Shown here piece after piece: positions 14,165 through 29,847 of a DNA stretch of 64,000 nt. Origin of the DNA: Octopus vulgaris (Eukaryota); NCBI GenBank assembly GCA_951406725.2, contig OX597820.1, positions 98,890,001 to 98,954,000 of the forward strand, written 5' to 3'. Numbering within the stretch: position 1 is the first letter of the stretch; every line of letters starts with the position of its first letter. Under the pieces are notes generated by a model. It did no database searches. It worked only from the letters and a program-made list of their open reading frames with translations, and was not told the origin of the DNA. Position numbers and translations under genes: made by a program.

Positions 14165-14365
14165 TTACTTGTTTCAGTCATTTGACTGTAGAAACCATGC
14201 TGGAGCAGTAGTAATTGTGTTTTTTATTGTTCAAAGAAATTAACCCCAGGACTATTTCTTTGAAAGCTTAGTACTTATTCTATCATTCTCATTTGCCGAA
14301 CCGCTAGATTATGTGGACGTAAACACACCAACACATCAATTGTCGACGGTGGTGGGGGGAACACA
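14165..14365 (-). mobile_element. SINE family A, 3' half
   Basis: TTTACTTGTTTCAGTCATTTGACTG...GCCGAACCGCTAG...AAACACACCA. Confidence 0.75.
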
Positions 14366-14470
14366 GTAAAAGAATATATTAATACATGTATCACATGTAC
14401 ATTTCTTATTACTATATATACATATATACACATATTTATTTACTTATATAATCATATGTAAATGTATATA

Positions 14471-14531
<61 letters not shown>

Positions 14532-14945
14532 TATATAAATATCCATGTAAATGTATATATGTAAAATTATGTACACATTAATGTCATTAAGCAGTTCTAC
14601 GTAATTACAAATACAAGGTTTAACAGGAAGACATTATTAGCATACGTCAGTGGAAGAAATATTAAAATTACTTACGCAAACCTAATAATATTAGTGGTGA
14701 AATAGTATATTAATTGACTAACAGTTTGTGATTTAAAACATGATTCTTTATGAATTCATATATCACTCAACATATTTCTTATGTGCGTTGGAATTCATGT
14801 ATACATGTATGTATTATGTGTGATTAATTATATCTGTGAATTAATAGTTTATATTACTGAATTTCTGGGTAATTTATATGCACACACACATATATATATA
14901 TATATATACATATATATACATATATATGCATATATATATATGTAT

Positions 14946-15935
<990 letters not shown>

Positions 15936-16511
15936 TAACAGAAAGGGGGAATTTCAAATATCCCCACTTGTTGAGTTGTAATATATATAAGAAATTAAAG
16001 AAGGAAAATGCAGACACTTTTAACATTTTTTAATATGTTTTATATTGTGTTTTTCGTTTTCGCTTATTAAAATTATTTTAATTATGTATTTTCTTACGAA
16101 AAATTTTCTTGTCGATGTTGTCTGTGGAGTTTATGAATGAATGATTCAACAAGTAGAAACATCTAAGGGAGGTAATTGTGATCGTTATTATTGTGGACAG
16201 AGGAGATAACTGTTCTATATTCCCCTACCCCACCCCCACTGAAAGACGAACAATTATCTCCCCTGTCAACAATAATAAGGATCACCAATTTCCTCCCATT
16301 AGATTTTTCTACTTGTTGATTCATTCATTCATAAGCTCCACACACAACATGGACACAAAAAATTTTCTTAAGAAAATAGGTAACTAAAATAATTTTAATG
16401 TCATGGTTAGTGGAAGCGAAGGAAGCGAATCCAGTCGATATGCACAATATAGAATATATTTAAAAACACATTAAAACTATGTGAAGAGTGTGCCTTTTCC
16501 GTCTTTAAATT

Positions 16512-16558
<47 letters not shown>

Positions 16559-16604
16559 TAGACATAATACCACTATTATGCAACTCCCTAATATTATTAT
16601 TATA

Positions 16605-16690
<86 letters not shown>

Positions 16691-16761
16691 AAGTAATCAT
16701 AAGGACGCACTTTTACGTCTACTGCTAGAAATGACAAGTACAGCAAATATTTGCTGCTGAT

Positions 16762-16831
<70 letters not shown>

Positions 16832-17119
16832 TATGTATATATATATATATATGTATGTATATGTATATGTATATGTGTATATATATATACATACATACAT
16901 ATACATATGTACATATATATCTGCAGTTTCGATCACGTGGGTATAAAAGATAAATATGTAGCCCATTCGGCTGTATATTTTGGGGAGTGCGGTTGAATAT
17001 TAGTTATGCGATGACGCTTGATCGCGTACATATTTAATCCTAACACTCGCAAATTTATAACTCAGAGTATCACACTGAGGAGAACAACAGGTGAATATAA
17101 TTTAATTTAATTTACTCGT

Positions 17120-17850
17120 TGTAAATTCATTCTAAATTTGTGACCTATCTTTGATATAGGTAAGTATTTCTTAGCGCTGAAGGATAGATATTTTCCAGTC
17201 AATCATAATTACAGAAAACTCTTCAATAGACATAACTTAAAAATCAGTTTCAGCTCAACTACTAATTTTAAGAATATAGTCGCACACAACACACAAAAAC
17301 CACAAAATGAAAGCAGCTGTTCATGCCGGGATAAAAATTTGTGCCCGCTAAATGGAGCTTGCATGTCCGAGACATTCCATTTATGAAGCCACCGTAGACT
17401 CTACAACCACTAAGGACACGAGACCAGAAATGGCCTGAACTCTTTTCATGAACACCCTCCCCGTACATAACTCCATGTCCCCCTACATGGCCTTGCTTTT
17501 TGCTTTTTGAGCCAAAAAATTAACTTAACTTAACTTTCGACAAAGAAATATGTGAGCCTTGCAGATGGGAATTTCAAGGCCAGGTATAACAATCACCCCT
17601 CCAGCTTCAGGCACTGAGATAAAAGGAAAACGACCAAATTATCCATTCATATATGGTTCTTAAAAGATAAAGGTGTCAGTTACATCCATTGGAAGATCTC
17701 AGCCAAGTATAAGCCTTACACGAACGGCAGTGGAAAGTGTGGTCTTTTTGATATGGATAGATGGCTCATCTTGAAAAGCAGCTTAGACTCCACTACATGT
17801 CTAAATTCAAGAACTAAATGTTTTGGATCATGTCCACACGGCTAAATATT
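17120..17850 (+). pseudogene. Penelope-like element ORF remnant (Cys linker plus GIY-YIG; Naiad-type motifs)
   Basis: Translates as DIGKYFLALKDRYFPVNHNYRKLFNRHNLKISFS, SCSCRDKNLCPLNGACM..IYEATV and KYVSLADGNFKARYNNHPSSFRH*..LSIHIWFLKDKG..KPYTNGSGKC..CLNSRT..SCPH, with stop and frameshift. Confidence 0.88.
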
Positions 17851-18094
17851 TGTTATGTTTTTGGTCCCCCCAAGATCACAGATAGAACTTGCTTTTTATA
17901 TTGTGCTCATGTAAAGCTTTTTATCTTTCTACTTTTTACATATATTTTTTATATAATTTTCACATATTTTTTTACATATTTATATATATTTTTTTATTAC
18001 TTTATATATTTTTACACATTTTTTCTTTATTTTACCTTTCACCCTACATTTTTCTAGTGCATGTGCTTATATAGACATACATCTCTAGCAAAAA

Positions 18095-18132
18095 CTGTCT
18101 GATGAACGGCAACGAGAAACTCAGAGTAACAG
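18095..18132 (+). ncRNA. minimal type-I hammerhead ribozyme in the PLE 3' repeat
   Basis: CTGT-CTGATGA-A-CG-gcaa-CG-A-GAAA-CTC-a-GAG-TA-ACAG: stem I CTGT/ACAG, canonical core, near-palindromic stem III, GUA cleavage triplet. Related degenerate reverse copies near 25300-25345 and 49125-49165. Confidence 0.7.
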
Positions 18133-18234
18133 ATTTTGTTGAATTTTCTGCTGCTTTAAATAAAGCATATTACTATACCACTGGTATTTGAGTACTCTTT
18201 TTTCCACCTTGTTTCACATTTATGTGTTTACTCC

Positions 18235-18277
<43 letters not shown>

Positions 18278-18278
<1 letters not shown>

Positions 18279-18640
18279 CACACACCTAGCTACATGTGGA
18301 GAAGGAAAATTTAAGATATTTCCCTTCTACAAGTGTCCGAAGAATGACACCCCCTTCAGGAGGAATATGGAAAAACATTTCATAGCTAAGTTCTCCCCCA
18401 AATTAAATGGCTGAAACTTTACTCAACATACATTGAAGGAAAAATCTGTGTGTGTGTAGATGTGTGTATTGCCTGTTATATACATCATATTATATTATTA
18501 TCTTTATAATTCACTTCCATCTTTACCCTTTAATTGTCACTTTAATTTTAACTTTCCTATGACATACAACTTTCAAGATGGTATAATTTGGTTGTTCATT
18601 TTGAACCGATAAAAAGGTTTTTTCAAATATTTTATGTATA
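18278..18640 (+). mobile_element. 3' fragment of a second PLE family (GIY-YIG C-terminus plus UTR)
   Basis: STHLATCGEGKFKIFPFYKCPKNDTPFRRNMEKHFIAKFSPKLNG* fits the PLE H...R...E..FI...P.LN end. Starts right after (TA)n. Confidence 0.75.
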
Positions 18641-18940
18641 AGTCTGTGTGTGTGTATATATATGTGTTGGTATAAATATCAACACACAAAAATATTTTTT
18701 TCTTCTCCACTTCCTCCCTTATTTTTATTTTTATTTTTATTTTTATTTATTTTTTTATTTTTATTCTTTATATTTCTATTTATTCTTTATATTTTTTTAT
18801 TTTATTTTTTATTTTTTTTTGTTTTTATTTTATTTTATTTTTTTATTTTTTTTATTTTTTATTTTTATTATTATTATTTTTATTTTCCCTTTTCTCTTTT
18901 TGTCTCTCTCCCCTTCTCCAAACACACAGACACACACACA

Positions 18941-18984
<44 letters not shown>

Positions 18985-19188
18985 CACACACAGACACACA
19001 GAGACACACACACACACACACCTCCACAGAATGATCATAGAAAGTGTGACCCCAAATGACATTTGCCAGGCCAACCTATGCACAACACACACTCAGTGAC
19101 ATTGAAATGGACAGCCAAAGTTCTTATAAAACCACAGGGGGTCCAGCAGACCAACGGAAATAACACTTCTTCACTCTCAGATATAAAT

Positions 19189-19258
<70 letters not shown>

Positions 19259-19449
19259 ACATATTTTCTCTCTGTCTCACTTCCTCCTCACCCACTACTA
19301 CGAAACTATAAAAAGGTTCAAACTACCCACAACTGATTTGATTTGAAAACCCACTAGAATGGGAGCAAGCGCTAATCCGAATGATATGATATATATGTAA
19401 AAAATGTAATATATAAATAAATATCTACAAATATGAACCATCTGATCTG

Positions 19450-19544
<95 letters not shown>

Positions 19545-19546
<2 letters not shown>

Positions 19547-19972
19547 GTGGTTAGTAGCCGTCGCAAGACACATTTTTTTCTCTCTTTGCCACAAGGCATT
19601 TTTCTAATGCGCCAGCTCAAAGTTCACTCGTCCTGTCGAAAAGACGCCTGTCTCTGACGTCCTGTTTTTGTTATTATTATCATCATTATTGTTTTTACGT
19701 ATTTTCGTATTCTTATTCGTGTTATCATTATTGTTTTTACGTATTTTTGTATTCTTATTCGTGTAACATCGTCCGTTTTCCCGTCCTTGTTTTGTATGCG
19801 CTTGGCTTAAATTTTCTTTTGGGGCTGGCCAGGTCGGAGCAATCTCAAGATTAATCAGCCGAAATTGCGAGGATGATCCGGTTCTTGACTGAATATTGAA
19901 GGCTTCGAATGTCCCGTCCGTGTTTTTTGTATCGTCTTCTAAATGTTTTGCATTCTCAGTTTGTATTTTTTT
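19545..19972 (+). mobile_element. PLE-type terminal-repeat fragment between (TA)n tracts
   Basis: AATCTCAAGATTAATCAGCCGAAATT...GATGATCCGGTTCTTGACTGAA is shared with 34000-34090. Contains a ~45-bp internal tandem duplication at 19677-19763. Confidence 0.55.
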
Positions 19973-20236
19973 ACATATATATATATATATATAAGCGTGT
20001 GTGCTTGTGTTGTAGCGCGCATATTTGTGTATAAGTGTCTATAAGCATATAATATGAGTATCCATTTCCATATACACACACAACAGCACACGCACACACA
20101 TATACGCACACAAAAAGATGTGGATATGTATATATATGGAAGTGTGTGTGTCTATATATATATACATGTATATGCATAAATTTGTGTGCATACACACATA
20201 CACCACACATACACATATATATGCATACATATGTAC

Positions 20237-20328
<92 letters not shown>

Positions 20329-20329
20329 G

Positions 20330-20386
<57 letters not shown>

Positions 20387-20425
20387 TTGTACGAATGTAT
20401 CTTGAGAGTGCGTGCGTGTGTGCAT

Positions 20426-20481
<56 letters not shown>

Positions 20482-21758
20482 ACGAATGTATCTTGTGAGT
20501 GTGTGCGTGTGTGCATACATGTAATGACTTAAATGTGTGCGTGTTAGTGTGTGTGCGTGTTAGTGTATGTGCGTGCAAGTGAAGTGTGTTTGCGAAATCA
20601 TAGATTCGTTTTATCCACTGAGTGCAGTTAATGAAAGTGTAATAAATCACGGTTATTTTGACAGTTAAAAGAGAACTTTATCTGCATCGTACAGTTTGAG
20701 AATTATTCGCTATTGTATATATATTTCAACATATAAAGACATAGAGCAGGGTGGCTTTGAGTTGGCCTCCTTGCAGACTTAAAATACTTGTCAAGAAGAT
20801 TGAAAAGCAAATCTAAAAAAACAATATAATTAAATAAAGTGCTGATGATGATCTCATAAAGGAGCTTCTATGTAATCATTTGACCCTTGTCAATAATAGT
20901 AAACATAACTTGTTACTTTTAACATTTAAGTAACACTAAATATTATCTAAGTTTTATTTAAGATGTATCTCAAAGGCAATACAGCTATAAATAACAGTTT
21001 ATAATATATTGGCTTTAAAAAATTCTGAAACGGAAAAAAAAAAGAGCTGGAAGGCTGCTGGTTGAATTCGAACACTCACCTTCTGTGGACTATCAGTTAT
21101 CGGTCTTCTAAGGTCTTACTGTTCAAATTAGAACTAACTTTAATCTCGAAAGGTATAATCTATTAGTGATAGCTGAATTCGCTTCGAGATACATCGTTAA
21201 TAAAGACATATCTACTCATACATATTCCTCGATGTTATAGCATTTCAGTTCGAAATATTAGCTCTATTACTTACTATTTTTCAGTGTAGTATACGTCAAT
21301 ATTTATCCTGAAAACGTTAACTTGCAGAGTTTCAAATTGAACATAAACAACACCGATCTTACATGATTCGCGAATATCTGGGGTACAGCTCTTTCATCCT
21401 AACTAAGCCACAAAAGGCCATCATTGCAAGGCTGGCTGTAAACAGCCGGTGATACTGCCATAAAGCAGTTGCTCTTGTCGGGCGAGAACTAAATTCATCA
21501 CCAAGAGGTGAGTTTGAAAATGAAAAAATAGAATTATACACTCACTCACACACTCACACACACACATACACACATACACACACATACATATATACGTTTG
21601 TGTGTCTATATATACATTTATATATATATTTATATTTATATATATATATATATATATAATAATAATATTAGGGAGTAAATCCAAACTTATAAGGAAAAAT
21701 TAGATTTAGGATTAAATCTAATTTTACAGTTTGATTTGCCTAATAGTGGTTTTATCTC

Positions 21759-21807
<49 letters not shown>

Positions 21808-21966
21808 ATATATATATGTATGTTTGTATATGTATATGTACATATGTTTACACATACACGTAAAATTTATATATATGCATTTATATAACTTATATGTATA
21901 TATACTTATATGTATATATATATATATAGATAGATATTGTGTGTGTGTGTGTAGATAGATAGATAT

Positions 21967-22050
<84 letters not shown>

Positions 22051-22565
22051 CAATAATCCGACAAGCAATACTCAATATCATCGTTTGTTCAGTTTAATGT
22101 TGTAACCGATTTTTACTCGAGAAATTCATGAACATCCACACGTGTCTGCTCTACAAAAGACAAGTTGAATATATAGCTGACCATACTAGACAGAACTGGA
22201 CACACTACTTTTAGTTATGGATAGTATGTGTAAACTTGGCATTTCCACGCTACATTCAGTCAGCCACCAGTTTTAATACCGCCATCTGACCCTTGACCTT
22301 TGGTTACCTTTAATGAGATGCACTTAGTTGTAACTGATTGGGTCAAACTGCCATGAATTGCCAACTTCCTTTATTCCTCCCGCTAGTGTTGGAGTCCATG
22401 AAAATTCTTCGTGTAAGCGACCTTTCCTTCTCTGACTAATTTGTAAAACTTTAGCATCGAGAAATATGTTGAACACGGTTCAGTATGTTGGACCAATTTA
22501 GGCATGTAAGATATATTTAGATATGTTTGATATAGCAAAGCATCTTGAATGTAACACGATAATTA

Positions 22566-22800
22566 TCTAATATATAAAATCCGTTCTATCTGTCTGTGTG
22601 TGCATCTTCTAGGATCTCGGGCATCCTCCATCCGATTGCACTCAAATTTGATATGTAGATACCGACGGTATCAGGGCGTGTATAAGTCTTGAAAAAATTA
22701 CAAAAATCGATTCCAGGTGAGAATGCGATCGATAAAGTGAATAAAATCGTTTTTCTTTGGAAAAGAAAAAAGTCTATCTTCATTTCTCAATTTAGGTTAA
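22566..22800 (+). mobile_element. 5' part of a non-autonomous Helitron-like element
   Basis: A|TCTAATATATAAAATCCG start followed by CTGTCTGTGTGTG...CCGATTGCACTCAAATTTG. The 3' CTAG end was not seen. Confidence 0.5.
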
Positions 22801-24168
22801 ATCAGTGTTTCTCAAAGGGGAGGCCTATGGGACGGTCGGACAAGTTGTTTTGGGAAAATTTGGTTTAAATGATTGACAGCTCAGCACCGTCGATTGGACG
22901 GGGGTGCGTTTTGCTCGTTCTTACATATAGCTAGACTTAATGAGAGTAGCTAGTTGGATCATAGACACACTGACGAGGTGAACATAATAAAGTATGATAG
23001 ACACTAATATAATCAACTAATCTTTCGATAAACAATCGCCGCCAACAACCCTAAGAACAGCAACAGTAGTAACAACAACAACGACTATTTTAAGACGACG
23101 GAGTAACTTAGTTTTATGGAGATTTAGTTGTAATTTCTAACAGGTCGAATAGCCCCGTAAAGGCTTTCTAAAAGATCTCAAGATTTGAAGTTATCACGAT
23201 CATACATCTGAAATATGTAGAGAGAAGGAATCACTGCATTCGCCTACATCAACAACTGTTCATATAAGTCAGTGATGGATGGAACCTCCATGGGGTTGCT
23301 CGAACTGCTAGAAATAACACAAAAATTTACTAGGCCAACACGCTACAGTCTGAACAATGGATACATAGGATAAAGTAATCCTGACTACACAATACTTAAG
23401 AAACAGATGGGATGGTCACGGCCAGAATGCCTTTGAGCGTCAATTTATTCAAAGAAGGTCAACTTAAGACTAAGCAATTACTCGTAAAAATATTATCAAA
23501 TTTTCAGATTCTAGTATTTGAGAAAATTTAAGAGAATTTGATTGTCCAACAAAACAAATTATATGAAGTAACATCGCTCTCTTCTGCACTTTCTCAAATA
23601 GTTTTGAAAGTCTCTTACGTTTGGAATTCACACATTCACTTCTTTACTTAGCTGCAGCACAGCTCACAAAGAAATACAAGGACCATTTCAAGAATCTGTT
23701 CCATTTTTTGCACCATTCTATTTAGCATCAGTATCAGCAAAGTTTTCAACTCCCTTCAGTGATACACACTTATGCACAGAGTACTCAACACCTTTTTAAG
23801 AAAAAGCCTAAAGCTATGGTCTGTCAATTCAAAAAGCAATGTAGTGTTTAACACATCTACAATTTGCAATTTCCTCGGCATCGTGCTGCAAGGATCTCTC
23901 CTCAGAGATGCCCTTTTTAACCTATGCCTACACGACGTTCTCACACCACACAACATCACAACATATACAATCTTTTGCACACTTTAACACCGCTCCCAAA
24001 ACATGGCTCCTCAACCTTTCAAACTTTTATCTTTTCTTTATAATTGCACTTCTGTGGGAAAATTTATTTTCATATATGCATATACGTATATTTGTCAATA
24101 TCCAGTACCGCTGCCGTAGTCTCCTTTAGAGAGACTTAGAAATAGTAATATTTCTACATACATACATA

Positions 24169-24298
24169 AGGTCGACTTTGCCTTTCATCCTTTCGGGGTC
24201 GATAAATAAAGTACCAGTTTTGCAACTGGGGTCATTGTGATTCCTTTGTCCTTGTTTGTCCCCTCTATGTTTAGCCCCTTGTGGGCAGTAAAGAAATA
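24169..24298 (+). mobile_element. SINE family B, 3' half
   Basis: GGTCGACTTTGCCTTTCATCCTTTCGGGGTCGATAAA...AGCCCCTTGTGGGCAGTAAAGAAATA. Confidence 0.85.
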
Positions 24299-24332
24299 TA
24301 TATATATATACATACATACATACATACATACA

Positions 24333-24365
<33 letters not shown>

Positions 24366-24449
24366 TATATGCATATAGGTATACATATATCTATTCATAC
24401 TTATATGTAAATATTATACACATATACATGTATATGTGTATATGAGTGG

Positions 24450-24491
<42 letters not shown>

Positions 24492-25476
24492 TATACGGAG
24501 TAGCTTTTTTTAAAGAGTAATACAATAATGTGATATGTGATACAATAAATTCACCAGTCTCGATTTTACCTCAAATAAATATATTTGAGTGCAAGGCAGT
24601 GGAGCATCGAACAAATTATATTTGTTTATTTGTTTTCAGACCTCACAGCTCTAGGTTCAAATCCCCATCGGGATGAACAGTCTTTCATCACTCGAAGTTA
24701 ATAAATGTAAGTATTAAGTAATATACTAAGGCTCATGTATCCGGTCGTATGCTGCACCCTTTTGCAATAATTGCTCTTCTATAAATCTGAAATAAATCAT
24801 TAATAACTTATTTCGACGAAGACATGCCAAAAACTATAAACGCACACAAACACATCCACTGACACTCATGCACGCATAATATTAATACAAACACCATACA
24901 CTCTTAAAAGACAACCTATAAAAATACTGTTACACATATTCATATGCTTACAGACACATATATACGTACATAATATATTGTACGTAATTAATTTCTGTTA
25001 CTTAAAACTAACGGTAAGACACCCTTTATATAAAATCTGTTAAAATTTCCTCTTAACACGTACATACAAACTCGCACGTACACAACATTTGTCTCTCTCC
25101 TTCTTTTTTTCAACCCTTTCTTCTTTCTCATTTCTTCCCTCACTCTCCCCTGTATCTCTCTATTTTTTAATCCCTATTTCCTATTCTGTATATATTACTA
25201 TACACACACACACACAAAATACAAGACAAAATGGAAAAAATTGTACTCGAATACCCAAGGTAGAGTAATATGCATTTTTATTAAAGTTGCAAAACATCTC
25301 AAAACTGTTACTCCGAGTGTCTTGTTTCCGTTCGTCGGTCAGTTGTAATCGCAACTGTCCGACGACGGAATTTTCCTGATAATCCTGAATTTTTCCGAGG
25401 GGACATATTGGGCGCTTACCACAGCCGTTTATGAAGTGAATATTACTATCTGCTATTGGTCGGCTTATATTTATAC

Positions 25477-25889
25477 TCTCTTTTACTATTTTACTCTTTT
25501 ACTTGTTTCAGTCATTTGACTGCGGCCATACTGGAGCACCGCCTTTAGTCGAGCAAATCGACCCCAGGACTTATTCTTTTGTAAGCCCAGTACTTATTCT
25601 ATCGGTCTCTTTTGCCGAACCGCTAGGTTACGGGGACGTAAACACACCAGCATCAGTTGTCAAACAATGCTAGGGGGACAAACACACACAAACACACATA
25701 CACATATACATATATATACATATATACGACGGGCTTCTTTCAGTTTCCGTCTACCAAATCCACTCACAAGGCATTGGTCGGCTCGGGGCTATAGCAGAAG
25801 ACACTTGCCCAAGATGCCACGCAGTAGGACTGAACCCGGAACCATGTGGTTGGTTAGCAAGCTACTTACCACACAGCCACTCCTGCGCC
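25477..25889 (-). mobile_element. SINE family A, full length
   Basis: Head GGCGCAGGAGTGGCTGTGTGGTAAG and (AGTAAAAG)n tail, both on the minus strand. Confidence 0.92.
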
Positions 25890-26101
25890 TATACTTATAT
25901 TTTTCTCGTTTTGATTCCGAGACAAAAACAGGACATAAAGACATAGATATACACAGAATATGCGCTCACACCAGAAATTATCTAGAATATGTAATCTGTG
26001 GTATTGATATAGTTTTTTTACTTGGTATATCGCTCCTTCAGTATAGCTGCCTTGTTAAAATAGTTTCTTTTGCAATCAATTATCAATGGATATATTTTTA
26101 A

Positions 26102-26318
26102 CGGTTTAGCATTCAGATTATTCAGACAAATTTAATGCTTTTTTATTTACATTGTTTTGAATTAATCGTGCATTACTTCGTAACCTTGAGATTTCAATGA
26201 CTCGATTGTTATTTTACGATGATATTGTAGGTTAGGTGAGAGAAGCTAGATCTGACCATTTTGAACATAAAACAAGTAAGATTTTTGACCGGATGTAGCT
26301 GTTTTAAATGCTAATGGT
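26102..26318. mobile_element. piggyBac-like MITE, degenerate
   Basis: TTAA on both sides; imperfect TIRs CGGTTTAGCATT and AATGCTAATGGT. Confidence 0.55.
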
Positions 26319-26810
26319 TTAATCTGTTACACTAGCATTTGATTTCGGTCGAGAGTTGTGGGTTGTTATCTATTTGGTTATTCGTATTCTGTGGGACAAG
26401 ATTTTGTCAGTAAGCAGTTATAGCTAACTTTTACATTGCACTTATTACAGGAGTTATGCTACATGCATTCATCATACATACTGGCATGCAGCCTTCGACT
26501 TTTTCTATCCAAAAAGGTTTTTCATTGCAATAGCCACATGTTATTCTTTATAGTGTGTGCTTTGCCTCTTGGACCATTATACCAAACACGAATTATTTCA
26601 CGTCCTCTCGAAAGTTTACAAAATTCTTATGACGGCAAAAATATATATGTGTACATCAAAGAGGAAAGAAGAGCAAAGAATTATAAGTGCAAGGAATGCA
26701 GTCATAAGATGTTACATATATTTTATATAATGCAAATATATCTTTACAGCTGTTTCAAATACTTGGTGAATGGTTGATAACTGCATATAATGTAAATAGA
26801 TGTACATTAT

Positions 26811-27043
26811 AGGTAAAGACCCCCTTCGGTCATGAATGACCATGGGATTGCACCTAGAAAGTTACCCTCCTAGACACAAGTCCGGGCAAGGTTGTTTATG
26901 GAAGACCAGCAGTCGCCCATGCATACCAGCCTCCCTCTCCACACCACCAGTGTTATCCAATGGAAAGACAAAGGTCGATACAGCTTGGTACCAGTGACGT
27001 CGCAACTCATTTCTACAGCTGAGTGAACTGGAGCAACGTGAAA
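26811..27043 (-). mobile_element. SINE family D, 5'-truncated
   Basis: Reverse complement matches 54105-54335. Confidence 0.8.
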
Positions 27044-28262
27044 TATAAGGCAATATTATTCATAAGCATATAAGCAAATATGTTATCGTCAGAAATGCAT
27101 TTTTAAACATGAGTGCCTACATTTCTCCCCCTTTGCTATTATTTGATTCCCGAATATAATATATTCATATTTAAGTGCATAACTTGGTTAGAATGACGAT
27201 CAAACTAGATTTGAGCATAATTATTTACATTGTTTTTAAACTTTGATTTCAGATAGGCATATAGTCTAATTTATATCAATATATTCATTTAGGTATGATT
27301 TTTTCTATTAAACTCTAATTAGCAGCCCGTCCTTACTTTTTTGTTTATATTTATATTTATACACTTCTACTAGACGCGGTCATTAACAACTGACTGTGCT
27401 TTCCTTTAAACACTGTAAGGAATTTCCTTTGGCCAGAAATTCCCTCATTCAGTATGATGGATTTCCTTTGTTCATTTTACCCGTCTTTTCCATTAACTAG
27501 TTTTATTCCTTGCAGGAAGCATAATATTTTACACTGATTGGCCAACCCTCTCAGCTTCTCTTCTTTCCCTCTTCGTTTCGTTTTATATTTCTTCTCCTTG
27601 TTATCACAAACTCTATTTATACTATACCTTCACCACACCTTTTTTTCCTTTCTCCCCTACCTTCGACGCTTAATTTCTTTTCTATGCCACATCCCTCGTC
27701 CTACTGAACACATTATTTCTTTCGGCCTAGCTAACACACATCTCTGGGCTTTTCACTTTCTCTGTATTTTGCCCTCCTTCTATATCTTTGACAATAACCT
27801 CACATTTTTTCTTCGTCTCATATTCGGCTGATATTTATCGTGAATATCATTCTTCCTGAAGTGAATATTCTGCGTTTGTCGAATGAAAATAGTTATGTAC
27901 TAAAATTCGTGCGCGTTGATGATACGCTTGCTTATATCACCTCATAATGAACGCTTGTTTGCATAATATGCATTATAATAATAAACATGCACCGAATATC
28001 TGAAACAGCTGTAAAGATCTCTTTACTTGATATAAAAGATATGTAACATCTTATGAGCGCATTCCTTACACCTATAATTGTTTGTCCATCATCCGTTTTT
28101 GATATCCATTCGAATATTGTCTATCTTCCAGGTAACTCATTTGCTTCTGGTGAACATTACCCTTGATTAAGAAGTTTAAGTTTAGGGGTTATATTTGTCC
28201 GAGCACTGAGTCATATCTAACTCTTATATGTTCCCACACGTACCTTCTCATATATATATATA

Positions 28263-28297
<35 letters not shown>

Positions 28298-28547
28298 CAT
28301 ACATACATACATACATACATACATACATACATACATACATACATACATACATACATACATACATACATACATACATACATACATGTGTGTGTGTGTGTTT
28401 GAATATGTACACCGATATAAGTAACACACGCACATAAACACGCTTGTAAGTATGTACCCATTCCCTTCCGGTCATTTCAATAAATCACCGCGTACGTATC
28501 GTTGGCGATTTTCTTTCTCCGTCTTCCCTTCCTTGAAATATTTTTAT

Positions 28548-28582
28548 ATTTCTGATGAAGAGCTCCGCTCGAAACGTGAAAT
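28548..28582 (+). ncRNA. minimal hammerhead-like motif (canonical core, palindromic ACGT stem III) in PLE-type fragment 28485-28685
   Basis: ATTT-CTGATGA-A-GAGC-tcc-GCTC-GAAA-CGT-G-AAAT. The cleavage position is G (GUG), so this copy may be inactive. Confidence 0.6.
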
Positions 28583-28682
28583 CCTCTTTCTTTTCATTCC
28601 TTTCCTGGGCGTCCAATAACACTGTACTTATTCCACGTCCTCGCGTTGTTGTTTTTTCTTGCTTGTTCATGCTTGGATTGAC

Positions 28683-28752
<70 letters not shown>

Positions 28753-29349
28753 AATGTATGTATTTTTATTCATGTATGCATATATGTGTGGAAAATATAT
28801 GTGATAACTTAACTAGATATTCATTTGTATGTATACATGTATATGTATGGGTATACATATATATATATATATTGCTAAATGAATAATATATTTATATACA
28901 CGTACGCATACACATACACACATACATATATATATACTCACATACACATTGATACATATACATATGCGTGCATGCGTATGTGTTAAATATACGTTTCAAT
29001 CAATGTATACATGTATGCATGTATATATGTATACATACATGTGTGTATATACGTATATGTGTCTAATGGAACTGTAGAACATACGGAAATGTGATATTTT
29101 TAACCGAGCTCAAGATATCTTCATTGTTTTAAGCTGGTCGTGATTGATATAGTCGGGAAGTACCGCCATCACTATTAACTCTCTCGACAGAAATCTGGAT
29201 AAACTCTGGAAGGAGCTTGTTGTTACTCCTTATAAAATTCTCTAAGTCTATCCCTTTCTTTGTCACCCTTTGTGTGTGCACACGCACGCGCAGACACACA
29301 CACACACACATATAATATATATATATATATATGTATATATATGTATGTA

Positions 29350-29415
<66 letters not shown>

Positions 29416-29612
29416 CATATGTGCGTGTGTTTGTGAGCACTATATTGAAATACCTATGCCTAATATATATAAGGCAAAGTTCTAGACATTTAATATACAT
29501 ACATGCATACATTTATATATATGAATTTATGTATGTATGCATGTATATACATTGAATACACGCTCACTCACATATATGAGTGTGTGCGTTTGTATGTATG
29601 CATATTTACATT

Positions 29613-29649
<37 letters not shown>

Positions 29650-29664
29650 CTATTTACATGTTTG

Positions 29665-29722
<58 letters not shown>

Positions 29723-29731
29723 TATATATTA

Positions 29732-29767
<36 letters not shown>

Positions 29768-29798
29768 TATATACATTGTGCATATATATATACATTGC

Positions 29799-29847
<49 letters not shown>

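Noticed and set aside
17614-17618. In-frame TGA in the PLE remnant as possible selenocysteine
   Set aside because: It is not at a conserved Cys position (FRH*), the ORF has other lesions, and no SECIS was recognised; simple decay is more likely.
19030-19180. Possible second Dong/R4-like 3' end (PGQP...TAKVL)
   Set aside because: Too degenerate to support by eye.
22288-22300. TGACCCTTGACCT DR1-like nuclear-receptor site
   Set aside because: Single short motif without promoter context; similar strings are common in mollusc repeats.
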